From positions 704,001 to 768,000 of the forward strand of contig CBDAOY010000009.1 of assembly GCA_965198225.1 (NCBI GenBank): a stretch of DNA of 64,000 nt, given 5' to 3'. Shown here piece after piece: positions 31,178 to 41,842 of the stretch. Position 1 is the stretch's first letter. Every line of letters begins with the position of its first letter. The notes beneath the pieces are model-generated. The model ran no database searches. It was not told where the DNA came from and saw only the letters and a program-made list of their open reading frames with translations. Origin of the DNA: Terriglobia bacterium. GTDB taxonomy: Bacteria > Acidobacteriota > Terriglobia > 20CM-2-55-15. A program made the position numbers and the translations under genes.

Positions 31178-34100
31178 ATGAATACGAATACCAGCCATTT
31201 CAGGTGGCTCGCCGGGGTCTTCGCGATAGCGATGTTCCTGGCGTTCCAACCTGGTGCGTTCGCACAGGGCGGCTTTACGGCTGTAACGGGGAACGTTTCG
31301 GACCCGACCGGAGCCGTGATCCCTGGCGTTGAGGTCACCGTGACCAACGAGGCAACCGGAGCGTCGCGCCTCGTGATCACGAACGAGACCGGTTCCTATA
31401 CGGTCACACAGCTCCCACCCGGCACCTATGCGATCAGTGCGTCGCTGCCGGGATTCAGCACGCAGCAGTCGAGCGGAGTTGTGGCGCCCGTCGGCGAGAC
31501 GGTCGTCGTAAACCTCGCGCTGGAGGTCGGAGTCATTACCGACGTCGTCGACGTCATTGCCACAGCCGAAGCCGTCAACACGGTCGACGCAAAGCTCGGT
31601 GTCGGATTCGACACCCAGAAGATCATCGACCTGCCGCTGAATGCCCGGAACATCGTCGGCCTGCTCGGTCTACAGGCCGGCGTGCAGGTTTCCGATGTTC
31701 GGAAGAACAATAACACCGGCGAGGAAACCGACGACGGCGGCCAGGTCAACGGCGCGCGCAACGACCAGCAGAACATCGTCCTCGACGGTGTGAACATCAA
31801 CCGCCAGGAGAAGGGGTCTTCGCTCGAAGGCGCATTGCCGACCACGATCGATTCCATCCAGGAATTCCTCGTTCAGACGGCCGGGTCCGGCGGCACGGGT
31901 GCGCGCGGCAGCGGCGGCCAGGTGCAGCTCGTGACCAAGAGCGGCTCCAACGAATGGCACGGTTCCGCCTACGAGTTCTACCGGACGACTGGAACATCGG
32001 CCCGGAATTACTTCGCTTCCGAGCCCCAGCAGTTGATCCGGCACCTTCCTGGTGGTTCCTTGGGCGGACCGATCCTCGAGGACAAGCTCTTCATCTTCGG
32101 TGCCTACGAGCGCCAGACGGACCGGAGCACGACTCTGGCGAGTCGAAACATTCCGACACCGGAGTTCCTCGACGGCATCGTCCGCTACGAGCGCAAGGAC
32201 GGCTCGTTCGCGACGCTGACCGACGGCGCGGGCGGCCAGCTGGAAAACTGGACATTCATTCCGGGCGACACGTGGAATCCCGTACTCGTGGGTCAGAATG
32301 GGTACTATCAGATCTACCGCCCGTTCTCGCAGGACGCAGCGCGGACGGAGCCGGGTGAGGACAACGGAGCCAACACGCTGCGGTATCGATTCAACTCGCC
32401 GTTCGTCCGCAACCGCAACATCTACATCACGCGGATGGATTTCACCGCGAGCGAGAACCACACGCTGTTTTTCCGCGGGACGCTTAACGACGATGTCCGG
32501 ACGCTGGGCGCCGAGAGCTTTCCGGGTTTCGGCGACGCGCGGGAGCGGCTGGACAACAGCAAGGGTTTCGCGGCGAGCTGGAACTGGGTGATCTCACCGT
32601 CGCTGAACAGCAACTTCACGGCGGGACTGACCCGGGAATCGTTCGAGGAAACCGGAAACAACCGGTCCTACTACAACGCCCCGCTGTTCAGCGAGCCGTT
32701 CCAGACGCAGGGGGCGACGCGGACGGCCATCGATACGTGGAACCTCGTCGAGAACATCAGTTACATCACCGGGAACCACAACATCCAGGCCGGCATCAAC
32801 TTCCGGTCGCTGGAGAACAACCTCAGCGACTTCAACGAGGTCGAGCCACCGGAGTACGGTGGTGGAGCCAACCTGACCGCGAACAACATCGGAGTGGCGT
32901 CGAGCCCGGGATTCAAACGCGCCGTCGGTGATGCGGAATTTGCCAACGCCGTTTCGCCGCACGCGGTCGGAGACGCGGTCATGGCCGCGACCGGGTCACT
33001 CTCCCGCTTCAGCGAAGACGTCCAGTACGACCCCCAGGGCAACCGACTGGCTCCGGGGAGCCCGCTAGCGCGCAATTACCGGCTCCAGGAGTACGACTGG
33101 TACATCATGGACACCTGGCGCGCGACGCCGAACCTGACCCTGACGTTCGGTATCAACCACAGCTACCAGACGCCGCCCTACGAGAGCAACGGCGTCCAGG
33201 TGAACTGGGTCCAGGACCTGGGGCAGCGGATCGAGACGCAGTCGGACACGACGAGTACCGTCCTGCAGCTGCCCCTTTACACCGCCGCGCCCGCCGGGCG
33301 AGGCAACGGTCGACCCGATTACTACAACGGGGACATCAACAACTGGTCCCCGCGTGTGAGTTTCGCCTGGACCCCACAGGGGGACTGGGCGAGCGCCGGC
33401 GGCCAGCTGGTCGTGCGGGGCGGATACTCGAGGAGCTACGACGCGATCGGGCGGCGTTTCGCCCGGGACGCGGCCCTGACGGGCTCCATCGGGTTGAAGT
33501 CGCAGTTCTCGGTTCCGGGATTCTTCTACTCGATCGATGATCTGGACGGGGCCCCTCGGGCGCCCCGGGTCGGTCCCGGTTTTTCGTTGCCTCGAGCGTT
33601 CTTCCCGACGCCTCCCGAAACGGCCGACTTCCTCGCTCCGGCGACGGCGAACGGCATCGGGGGCACCAGCTACAGCGGGATCGACCGGGGCATCTTCTCG
33701 CCCTCGAACAACCTGCTGAACCTGACGATCTCGAAAGAGTTGCCGGGTGGCTGGGTGATCGAGGCCTCCTACGTCGGCCGCTTCGCCCGCGATCTGCTGG
33801 GCCAGGTCGATATCGCCAGTCCCGTCAACGTGCGGGATCCGATCAGCGGTCAGACCTACTACCAGGCGATCAAGACCATGTACGAGCGGTACGAGTTCAA
33901 CTACACGCCCGTAGACCAGGTCCAGCCGATTCCATGGTTCGAGAACGTTTACGGGAAAGCCCTGACCAGCGCCAACAAGCGTCTCGACGGAGCGCCGTAT
34001 CCGAGCGCGACCCAGGCCTTCTACGCGCTGATGCACAAGAGTCGGGGTCCGGGGCCCAACACAGCGGCGAGTCTCGTGGATGAGATCCAGGGCATCGAAC

Positions 34101-34975
34101 GCCGCGAGGGCAACGTCCTGCTCAACCCGCAGGCGCAGTTTTTCGGTGTTTTCAGCAACATCAGCCGTTCGAACTACAACTCGGGCCAGTTCACCCTGCG
34201 GAAGCGGTTCTCGGATGGCTTCACCTGGACGGCCAACTACACGTTCTCGAAGTCGATGGACATCACGTCGGCCGCCGAGTCGGAAGGCAACCGGGCCAAC
34301 GGGGCGACGAACTTCGGTTTGGCCGAGGATCCGTACAACCCGGAGCTGAACTACCACATCTCCGACTTCAACCGGACGCACCAGTTCAACAGCAACTTCC
34401 TTGTGGAGCTGCCGTTCGGTCATGGGAAGCCGTTCGGAGCCAACATCTCGAACGTTGCGAACCAAATCATCGGTGGCTGGCAGTTCTCGGGCATCATGGT
34501 CACTTCCAGCGGAAGACCATGGCAGTTCACGGCCTCCAGCCGCTACAATCACCACTACTTCGGCCGGACGATCCCGCACATGGTCCGACCCGTCGAACAG
34601 GGTATTTTCAAGCAGGACGGCCAGGTCTTCCTGGTCGGACCCAACAAGCAGGCCCGGATCGACTACACCAACCGGGACCCCGGGCAGGAGTACTTCTGGG
34701 GTGCGTACCCGGGCAGCTCGATCCAGCGGAACCAGGGCCTCGGACCCGCGTTCTTCAACATGGATTTCGCGATCACCAAGAACTTCACGGTGACCGAGGA
34801 CGTCCGGGCGCGTTTCCGTTGGGAAGCTTTCAACATCACCAACCATCCGAACTTCGACATCCCGACAGGGCGGAACGGGCGGAGCGTCGATCGTACGAGC
34901 GGTCTGCTGGGTCAGGTGACCAACACACGCGGAACCGAGCGTGTGATGCAGTTCAGCTTCCGGTTGGAGTTCTAG
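31178..34975 (+). CDS. TonB-dependent transporter, Oar/acidobacterial type with carboxypeptidase-regulatory-like N-domain
   Basis: Signal peptide, GNVSDPTGAVIPG, LPLNARN, TKSGSNEWHGS, C-terminal MQFSFRLEF. Confidence 0.93.
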   Translation: MNTNTSHFRWLAGVFAIAMFLAFQPGAFAQGGFTAVTGNVSDPTGAVIPGVEVTVTNEATGASRLVITNETGSYTVTQLPPGTYAISASLPGFSTQQSSGVVAPVGETVVVNLALEVGVITDVVDVIATAEAVNTVDAKLGVGFDTQKIIDLPLNARNIVGLLGLQAGVQVSDVRKNNNTGEETDDGGQVNGARNDQQNIVLDGVNINRQEKGSSLEGALPTTIDSIQEFLVQTAGSGGTGARGSGGQVQLVTKSGSNEWHGSAYEFYRTTGTSARNYFASEPQQLIRHLPGGSLGGPILEDKLFIFGAYERQTDRSTTLASRNIPTPEFLDGIVRYERKDGSFATLTDGAGGQLENWTFIPGDTWNPVLVGQNGYYQIYRPFSQDAARTEPGEDNGANTLRYRFNSPFVRNRNIYITRMDFTASENHTLFFRGTLNDDVRTLGAESFPGFGDARERLDNSKGFAASWNWVISPSLNSNFTAGLTRESFEETGNNRSYYNAPLFSEPFQTQGATRTAIDTWNLVENISYITGNHNIQAGINFRSLENNLSDFNEVEPPEYGGGANLTANNIGVASSPGFKRAVGDAEFANAVSPHAVGDAVMAATGSLSRFSEDVQYDPQGNRLAPGSPLARNYRLQEYDWYIMDTWRATPNLTLTFGINHSYQTPPYESNGVQVNWVQDLGQRIETQSDTTSTVLQLPLYTAAPAGRGNGRPDYYNGDINNWSPRVSFAWTPQGDWASAGGQLVVRGGYSRSYDAIGRRFARDAALTGSIGLKSQFSVPGFFYSIDDLDGAPRAPRVGPGFSLPRAFFPTPPETADFLAPATANGIGGTSYSGIDRGIFSPSNNLLNLTISKELPGGWVIEASYVGRFARDLLGQVDIASPVNVRDPISGQTYYQAIKTMYERYEFNYTPVDQVQPIPWFENVYGKALTSANKRLDGAPYPSATQAFYALMHKSRGPGPNTAASLVDEIQGIERREGNVLLNPQAQFFGVFSNISRSNYNSGQFTLRKRFSDGFTWTANYTFSKSMDITSAAESEGNRANGATNFGLAEDPYNPELNYHISDFNRTHQFNSNFLVELPFGHGKPFGANISNVANQIIGGWQFSGIMVTSSGRPWQFTASSRYNHHYFGRTIPHMVRPVEQGIFKQDGQVFLVGPNKQARIDYTNRDPGQEYFWGAYPGSSIQRNQGLGPAFFNMDFAITKNFTVTEDVRARFRWEAFNITNHPNFDIPTGRNGRSVDRTSGLLGQVTNTRGTERVMQFSFRLEF

Positions 34976-34994
34976 CTTCAAGTCGGTTGGAGCG

Positions 34995-35027
34995 AAAGGG
35001 CGGGGTTTCGGCCCCGCCCTTTTTTTT
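34995..35027 (+). terminator. Rho-independent terminator
   Basis: AAAGGGCGGGG-TTTCGG-CCCCGCCC followed by a T tract. Confidence 0.9.
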
Positions 35028-35087
35028 GACAGTGGATCAGTATTTCTGCTTCAACGCGAGAGGATTAGCGGGATTCTTACGGCACGT

Positions 35088-35150
35088 GTAGGTGCGCTCT
35101 ATGAGCGCACAAATCGTCGCTCAGCGTGTGCGGTCGTAGACCGCACCTAC
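35088..35150. repeat. Inverted REP doublet (REPIN)
   Basis: GTAGGTGCGCTCTATGAGCGCAC plus inverted GTAGGTGCGGTCTACGACCGCAC. Confidence 0.78.
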
Positions 35151-35323
35151 ACCTAAGCGATTGATTTTGCGGGCTTTTGACTTTGAATGAACCTGCCGGC
35201 TGTTACCACCCCACCTGAAACTCCCCACACCCCAAATCCGCCCTCACGGACAATTTCTATGGTTTTTTGTATTTTTCGAGCTCGTCGATTCTCTAACCCT
35301 CACATTCCACTGGAATCCACGTT

Positions 35324-35339
35324 TGGTACGTCATGTGCA
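35324..35339 (+). promoter_or_regulatory. Sigma54-like -24/-12 motif
   Basis: TGGTACG-TCAT-GTGCA (GG-N10-GC). Confidence 0.4.
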
Positions 35340-35816
35340 TAATGACGGGTTGGGATGGTAAGACCCCGTCGGCCGGTACCCCGAATCGAGGGTGGCCAGA
35401 GAGCCTTTACCGGGATGGGGTGGCGAGTGGGATGAAGAGTGGGATGGTGGAGACGTAATCTAGTCTGAGTGGTGTTCCAATCCTGGGAAGTCAGTTCTGA
35501 CTCCCTTTCGAATCAAACAATTTGACTCAAGACACCATGCGGCGCCTGAAGTGTGCCCGTGGATACACGAACGAGTGACGATCGTGCATCCTCCAAATAA
35601 CTGCCTACGGTCTAAGGATTACTGATCCCCCTCGCATACCGTCCGCACTCCAGCCCCACGCTACGTGTCTCTTCGCCGCACGCAACGCGTGTATTTTCTT
35701 GCATACATTGTGGATAAAGGTTGTCTATCTACTGTCGTGTAGCAGTTCTCCGAAATTCCATATTTGCGGTAACCCGCTTTAGCCGGAAGCCATTGATTCC
35801 ACACCAAAGTGCCGTT

Positions 35817-35831
35817 TGGAATCGTGCTTGC
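35817..35831 (+). promoter_or_regulatory. Sigma54-like -24/-12 motif upstream of the second transporter
   Basis: TGGAATC-GTGC-TTGC (GG-N10-GC). Confidence 0.4.
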
Positions 35832-36096
35832 CATTCACTTCGTGGGATGGATCTGGAAGTTGCGGGCCGACGTGCCAGTGAAGGCGTTGTATACGCGTCA
35901 AACCCGCGATTCCGGTCCGGAGAGTGGGAGTGGTGGAGATCTTGATTCGTTCCGCCCGTTCCCGGCGAAGCGGCCGGGAACGGGCTCAATACTCTCGAAG
36001 TCGAAAGTCTGTGTCGTCATCCCCTCGGGCACCCTCGCGACAACTTGCCGGCCTCGGGAACGTTCACAACTCAATTACAGAACAGGAGCTTTTTGA

Positions 36097-39000
36097 ATGG
36101 TATTGAACACTCGCCTTAACCGTACGGTGATCCGGCCGGCGTTTACGCTGGTCATGGTCATCCTTCTGGGGACGGTAACGGGCTTCGGACAGGGTTTGTC
36201 CGGCATTACGGGGGGCGTGTCCGACCCGACCGGCGCGCTGATCCCGGGTGTCGAGGTCACGATCTCCAACGAGGCCACCGGTGTCAGCCGGACGGTCATC
36301 ACCAACGAGACCGGCTCGTATACGGGCACGCAACTTCAGCCCGGGACATACACAATTCAGGCATCGCTTCCCGGCTTCCAGACAGCGGTCGCTCGTGGAG
36401 TGACGTTGCCGGTCAGCCAGACCGTAACCTTGAATCTGTCGCTTCAGGTCGGACAGGTTAGCCAGACCATCGAAGTGACGGCCGAAGCAGAGTTGATCAA
36501 TACGGTCGACGCCGAGCTCGGCGTACCGTTCGACTCGCAAAAAATCATCGACCTTCCACTCAACGCGCGGAACATCGTGGGTCTACTCGGCCTGCAGGCC
36601 GGTGTCACGACGACCGATAACGGTTCGCTCACCTCCGGCGCGGAGGAAGACACCGAGATGGGTGGCCAGGTGCACGGTGCCCGCAACGACCAGCAGAACA
36701 TCACGCTCGACGGCGTCGACGTCAACGCACAGGAGAAGGGACAGGCGTTTGAGGGTGCACTGCCGACGACGCTGGATTCCGTACAGGAGTTCATCGTAGA
36801 AACGGCCGGACAGAGCGGAGGCGCGAGCCGCGGCAGTGGAGCGCAAATCCAACTCGTGACCAAGAGCGGGACCAACCAATGGCATGGCTCGGCCTACGAG
36901 TTCTACCGCACGACGGGAACATCCGCGCGTAACTACTTCGCAGACGAGGCGTCGCCGCTGATCCGTCACATCCCTGGTGGATCGCTGGGTGGGCCGGTCC
37001 TTAAAGACAAGCTGTTCATCTTCGGTGCCTATGAACGCCAGTCCGACCGAAGCGCGACCCTGGAGCGGAGGCAGGTTCCTACTCAGACTCTAATCGACGG
37101 CATCGTGCGATATCAGCGGCTGGATGGGAGCTTCGGGACGATCACCGACGGACCGGGCGGCATGCTGGAGCAGATCACGCAGATCCCTGGCGACACCTTC
37201 AATCCCGTCGTCGTCGGATCGAGCGGACTGCTGCAGGCGTTTAAACCGTTCTCGAGCGATACCGCGGCGACGACACCGGGTGTCGACAACGGGGCCAACT
37301 TCCTCGAGTATCGGTTCAACGCACCGTTCACGCGGAACCGGAACATTTACATCTCGCGTCTGGACTACGTCCTGAACGAGGATCACAATTTCTATTTCCG
37401 TGGGACGTTGAACGACGACGTGCGGACCCTCGAGGCCGATCTCTTTCCGGGATTCGGCGGTGGGCGCGATCGGATCGACAACAGCAAAGGCTTCGCCGCC
37501 GCCTGGAATCAGGTCTGGTCCCCAACACTGACGGGTAACTTCCGTGCCGGCCTGACGCGCGAGTCGCGCGAGGACACGGGCAACAACGTTGCGTTCTGGA
37601 ACCTGCCCAACGTCAGCGAGCTGATCCAGGACGACGGCGCCGTCCGGCAGTCGATCGACACGTGGAACCTGACCTACGACTTGAGCTACCTGAGCGGGAG
37701 CCACACGATCCAGGGCGGCTTCAACTTCCGCAACATCCAAAACCACCTGGTTTCGTTCGACGATGTGGTGCCCGGAACCTTTTCCAGTGGGGCGAACCTG
37801 ACGGGTAACGACCTCGGTACGGCCCAGAATCCGGCATTGCTGCGGGCGCTGGGTCCCGACGAATTTGCCCGGGTTGCCGACCCTGGCGTCACCGGCGACG
37901 CGTTGATGCTGGGAACCGGTTCGATTTCTCTATTCCGGGGGGACGTCCAGTTCAACATCGACGGCTCCCGGATTGCAGGAGGAACCCCGCTGGATCGCAC
38001 ATTCCTTCTCCAGGAATACGACTTCTACCTGCAGGACGTGTGGCAGACATCGCCGAACCTGACCGTGACGTACGGGGTCCACTACGGGTACCAGACCCCA
38101 CCCTACGAGCAGGATGGGTTCCAGGTGGGCTGGAACAATGACCTGCTGCGCCGGTGGCAGGAAAGCCGTGGTACGACGAAGACGGTCCCCGAGCAGGAGC
38201 TCTTCACCACTCAGGTCAACGGCCGCCAGAACGGTCTGCGGGATTTCTACGACCCGGATTCCAACAACTGGGCGCCCCGTGTGTCGTTTGCGTGGCAACC
38301 GCAATGGGGCTTCGCGTCGGCGGGCGGGCCGCTGGTCATACGCGGCGGATATTCGCTCATGTATGACGGCATCGGCCGTCGGTTTTCCCGGGAGGCTGCA
38401 ACGCTGGCATCGATCGGTCTGTTAAGCACCGTCCGGCAGCCCGGGTTCAGCAAGTCGATCGACGGTCTGAACGACATCGAACGGGCGTCCCGCCTGGACG
38501 GCAGCCTTGCGTTGCCCCGTGGGGAGTTCGTGGACCTGGCCGAGAGTGCCTTCATCCTCGGCGCGCCGCTGCGCTCTTCCGGATTCGGCAGCGGCAACAC
38601 GACGGGCATCACGCAAAGCCTGGATTCCCCGATCAACAACCTGGTCAACCTGACGATTTCGAAAGAGCTGCCCCGGAACTTCCTCGTCGAAGTTTCTTAT
38701 GTCGGCCGTTTTGCCCGCAACCTGCTGGGCCAGATCGACCTGGCCAGCCCGGTCAACTTGATCGATCCGACCAGCGGCCAGAACTACCAGCAGGCGATCC
38801 GCGAGATCTACGGCCAGTCCTTTGACGGCGTGGCGTTCAGCGATGCCAGGGCGATCCCGTTTTTCGAGAACGTCTACGGCCAGGATCTGATCGATGCGGC
38901 CGAGGCCCGGTTCGGCGGAACCTTCAGCAGCGCCGGCCAGGCCTTCTACCGCTGGCTGCACGGCAGTCGGGATCCGGGACCGAACGCCCCGATCAGCCTC

Positions 39001-39893
39001 AGCGACCAGCTCAACATCATCGAGAACACGCTGGGCCGTCCGATCCTCGTGAACAACCAGTCGCAGTTTTTCGGCTTGTTCGGCAACTTCTCAAAGTCGA
39101 ACTACCACGGGCTCAACGTCACCCTCCGCAAGCGTTTCAGCGACAATGTCGCCTTCGACGTGAACTACACGCTCTCGAAGTCGCTCGACGTCACGTCGGC
39201 CTCAGAGGCCTTCGGCAATCGTCCAAACGGTCAAACCGGCATCGGGATGGCGGAAGATCCTTGGAACCCCGAGCTGTCCTACGCGCTGTCGGACTTCGAC
39301 CGCCGGCATCAGCTCAACGGAAACTTCCTCGTGCAGCTTCCTTTCGGGCGCGGTCACCGGATCGGCCAGAACGTCAGTTCCATCGCCAACCACATCATCG
39401 GTGGGTGGGAGCTCGGCGGCATCGTCCAGGCGAGCAGTGGCCGACCGTTCAACTTCACCGCCTCGAACCGGTTCAACCACCACTTCTTCCGGCCGATCCA
39501 TTCCCCACCTCGTGGGCGATGTTCCGTTCGGCCTGGAGAAGGGCGAGGACAACCGGGTCTTCTTGATCGAGGGGGGGGGCCGACGTGCGAACGAGCATCA
39601 GCCGGGATGCCTTCCAGAACACGTTCCCGGGAAGCACGATCGCCCGCAATCAGGGCCGTGGGCCGAGCTTCTACAACATGGACTTCTCCGTAGGGAAGAG
39701 CTTCACGATCAGCGAAGACCTGCGGGCGCGGTTCCGATGGGAGGCCTTCAACCTCCTGAATCACGCCAACTTCGGCATCCCGCAGACGACCGGCGGCACG
39801 AGCATCGACCGTTCGCAGTCCGGCACGGGCGAGGTCGTCGAGACCCGTGGTACCGAGCGTGTGATGCAGTTCAGTTTCCGGCTGGAGTGGTAG
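36097..39893 (+). CDS. Second TonB-dependent transporter (paralogue); frameshifts at ~39490 and the G-run at ~39575
   Basis: Same motifs as 31178-34975; the true C-terminus MQFSFRLEW is in ORF 39585-39893. Confidence 0.9.
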
Positions 39894-39895
39894 GG

Positions 39896-39925
39896 AAAAA
39901 GGCGGGGCTTTGGCCCCGCCTTTTT
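39896..39925 (+). terminator. Rho-independent terminator
   Basis: AAAAAGGCGGGGC-TTTG-GCCCCGCCTTTTT. Confidence 0.88.
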
Positions 39926-39969
39926 CAGGGTGACGAGCCGTCTCCGAATTTTCTGCTCAGCCAACACCC

Positions 39970-39994
39970 GGGGACAGGGCAAGTCCCTGTCCCC
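39970..39994. repeat. Short extragenic palindrome
   Basis: GGGGACAGGG-caagt-CCCTGTCCCC. Confidence 0.6.
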
Positions 39995-40030
39995 CTCACA
40001 TGGGCTCTCTCGCGGATCGTTCCGCTTAAC

Positions 40031-41653
40031 AGTTGTGTGCGTCAAGTTCTGCAAAAAGTATTTCCGAAAAAGTCAGTTCTTGAGTGTTGATCGCCGTCGG
40101 GCCTGTGGGAATGTGGGAAAGCTGAACGTTCTTGGCGAAGCTTTTCCAAGCCTCAGAGGGAATCCGCGTCTTGTTGCGGATTTCCTCTGAGGCGTCATTT
40201 CCATCAGGCCTCTGCCTTTCTTTCTTTTTTGGTTCTCTTTCTTTCGCCCTTTGAAAGTTTTCCACAGAGATTCCTCGCTCCAGGATGCGCTGTAATCGAC
40301 GATCGGCTTCCGAGCCGATCCTTGGGTCGGTCCGTTTTGACGCGTTCACGCGGCAGGCGTCTGACGGTGCCAGTCCTTCTTGTGTTCCTTCAACAGATCC
40401 ATGTTCAAATAACGGATCGCTTCGATCCAGTTCTCGTGCATCTCGGTGGTCAGTGCCCGAATCAAACGCAGACAGCTGGCCGCGTTGGGGAATATCCGCA
40501 CCACACGCGTTCGCCGCTTGATCTCTTCGTTGAGCCGTTCCAGCATATTGGTGGATTTCATGTGCTTGTGATGCTGAAGCGGCAGCGTGTAGAAGCTCAG
40601 CGTCTCGTCGATGTTGTCTTCGACCCAGTCGCAGAGTTTGGGATATTTCTGCCCCCACTTGCTCAACCACGCCGCGAGGTCCTGCCGCGCTTCCTGGAGG
40701 TTCCGCCGATCGTAGAGCCAACGCAGTTCCTGGAGGCAATCGTCATCGCCTTTGCGCGGCAGATAATCCAATGCGTTTCGGAGAAAGTGCACGTAGCAGC
40801 GCTGCCAGATCGCTTCGGTCAGGACTTCCGCGATGGCTTTCTTCAACCCCGGATGATCGTCGGTCACCACGAACTCCACCCCGCACAGGCCGCGTTGTTT
40901 TAAACTCAGCAGCAGTTGCCGCCAACTGGTCGTGCTTTCCCGTCCCGCCAGCTCCACCGCCAACACACCGCGCCGGCCGTCCCAGTTGATTCCGATCGCG
41001 ACCAGCACCGCCCGGCTCCGGATGACCCCGTCTTCGCGCACCTTCTCGTAGCGCGCATCCAAAATTAGGTACGGGTATTCTTCCTCCAATCGTCGCGTTG
41101 CAAACTTTTTCAGCTCCTTGTCCAGAGTCTGATTAATCCGGCTGATCGTGCTGGCCGAAAACGAATGTCCGCATAGTTCTTCGGTGATGGCTTTCACCTT
41201 GCGCGTTGACACGCCCTGCACGTACATCTCGGCCAAGCTGGCCACCAAGGCTTTCTCGCTGCGTTGGTAGCGTTCAAACACCTCCGTACTGAACCGGCCG
41301 GCCCGGTCCTGCGGCACGCGCAACTCCAGCTTGCCCACCCGTGTGACCAGGTCCCGTCCGTAATAGCCACTCCGATATCCGGTGCGACCCCCTGTTCGTT
41401 CACTCTTGACCGCGCCCACGACCTGGTCCATCTCCGCCTCGAGAATCTCTTGAACCACCTCCTGTACGACGCTTTTCAGCAAATCCTTTTCCTCTCCTAA
41501 CAGTTCTTTCCAATCCACTCCCTTTCGCTTAATCTGAGGTCGGGCCATCGGTTCATCTCCTTCGTTTCAAAGTTGATTCGTTACCAACTTTTCGGAGATA
41601 CCCTGGCCCTTTCCTATTTCAGGACCTTTTTGCAGAAACTCTGAAACATAACC
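40031..41653 (-). mobile_element. Complete IS256-family element (transposase 40346-41548) with 8-bp target duplication
   Basis: GYRSGYY..VPQDR, LILDARYEK, WQRCYVHF, STNMLERLN. Imperfect 28-bp IRs ending TTCTGCAAAAAG. CGCTTAAC at 40023-40030 and 41654-41661. Confidence 0.95.
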
Positions 41654-41842
41654 CGCTTAACAAACCGAGCTGACTACCGTCCCCGCAACCCCTCCGACTC
41701 GTCACTTGTCACTCGTCACCTCCCCCCAACCTCCCCCGAATGTGGCATTTTGTAACAATGAATCGGTTGAATATGGGTGTGCCCGGGCAGTATCATAACG
41801 ACGCTTAGAGGTGTGTGTGGACGACCCACTAGTGGAGGCTTC

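Noticed and set aside
33065-34981. 638-aa minus-strand ORF and many similar long antisense ORFs
   Set aside because: Shadow frames of GC-rich genes with strong codon bias; no protein motifs.
35590-35640. c-di-GMP-I riboswitch-like fragment (GCCTACGGTCTAAGG)
   Set aside because: The GCAAA/GAAA-tetraloop P2 elements are absent.
35698-35720. Perfect DnaA box as evidence of oriC
   Set aside because: Single box, no cluster and no dnaA/dnaN context; better explained as part of the shared operator.
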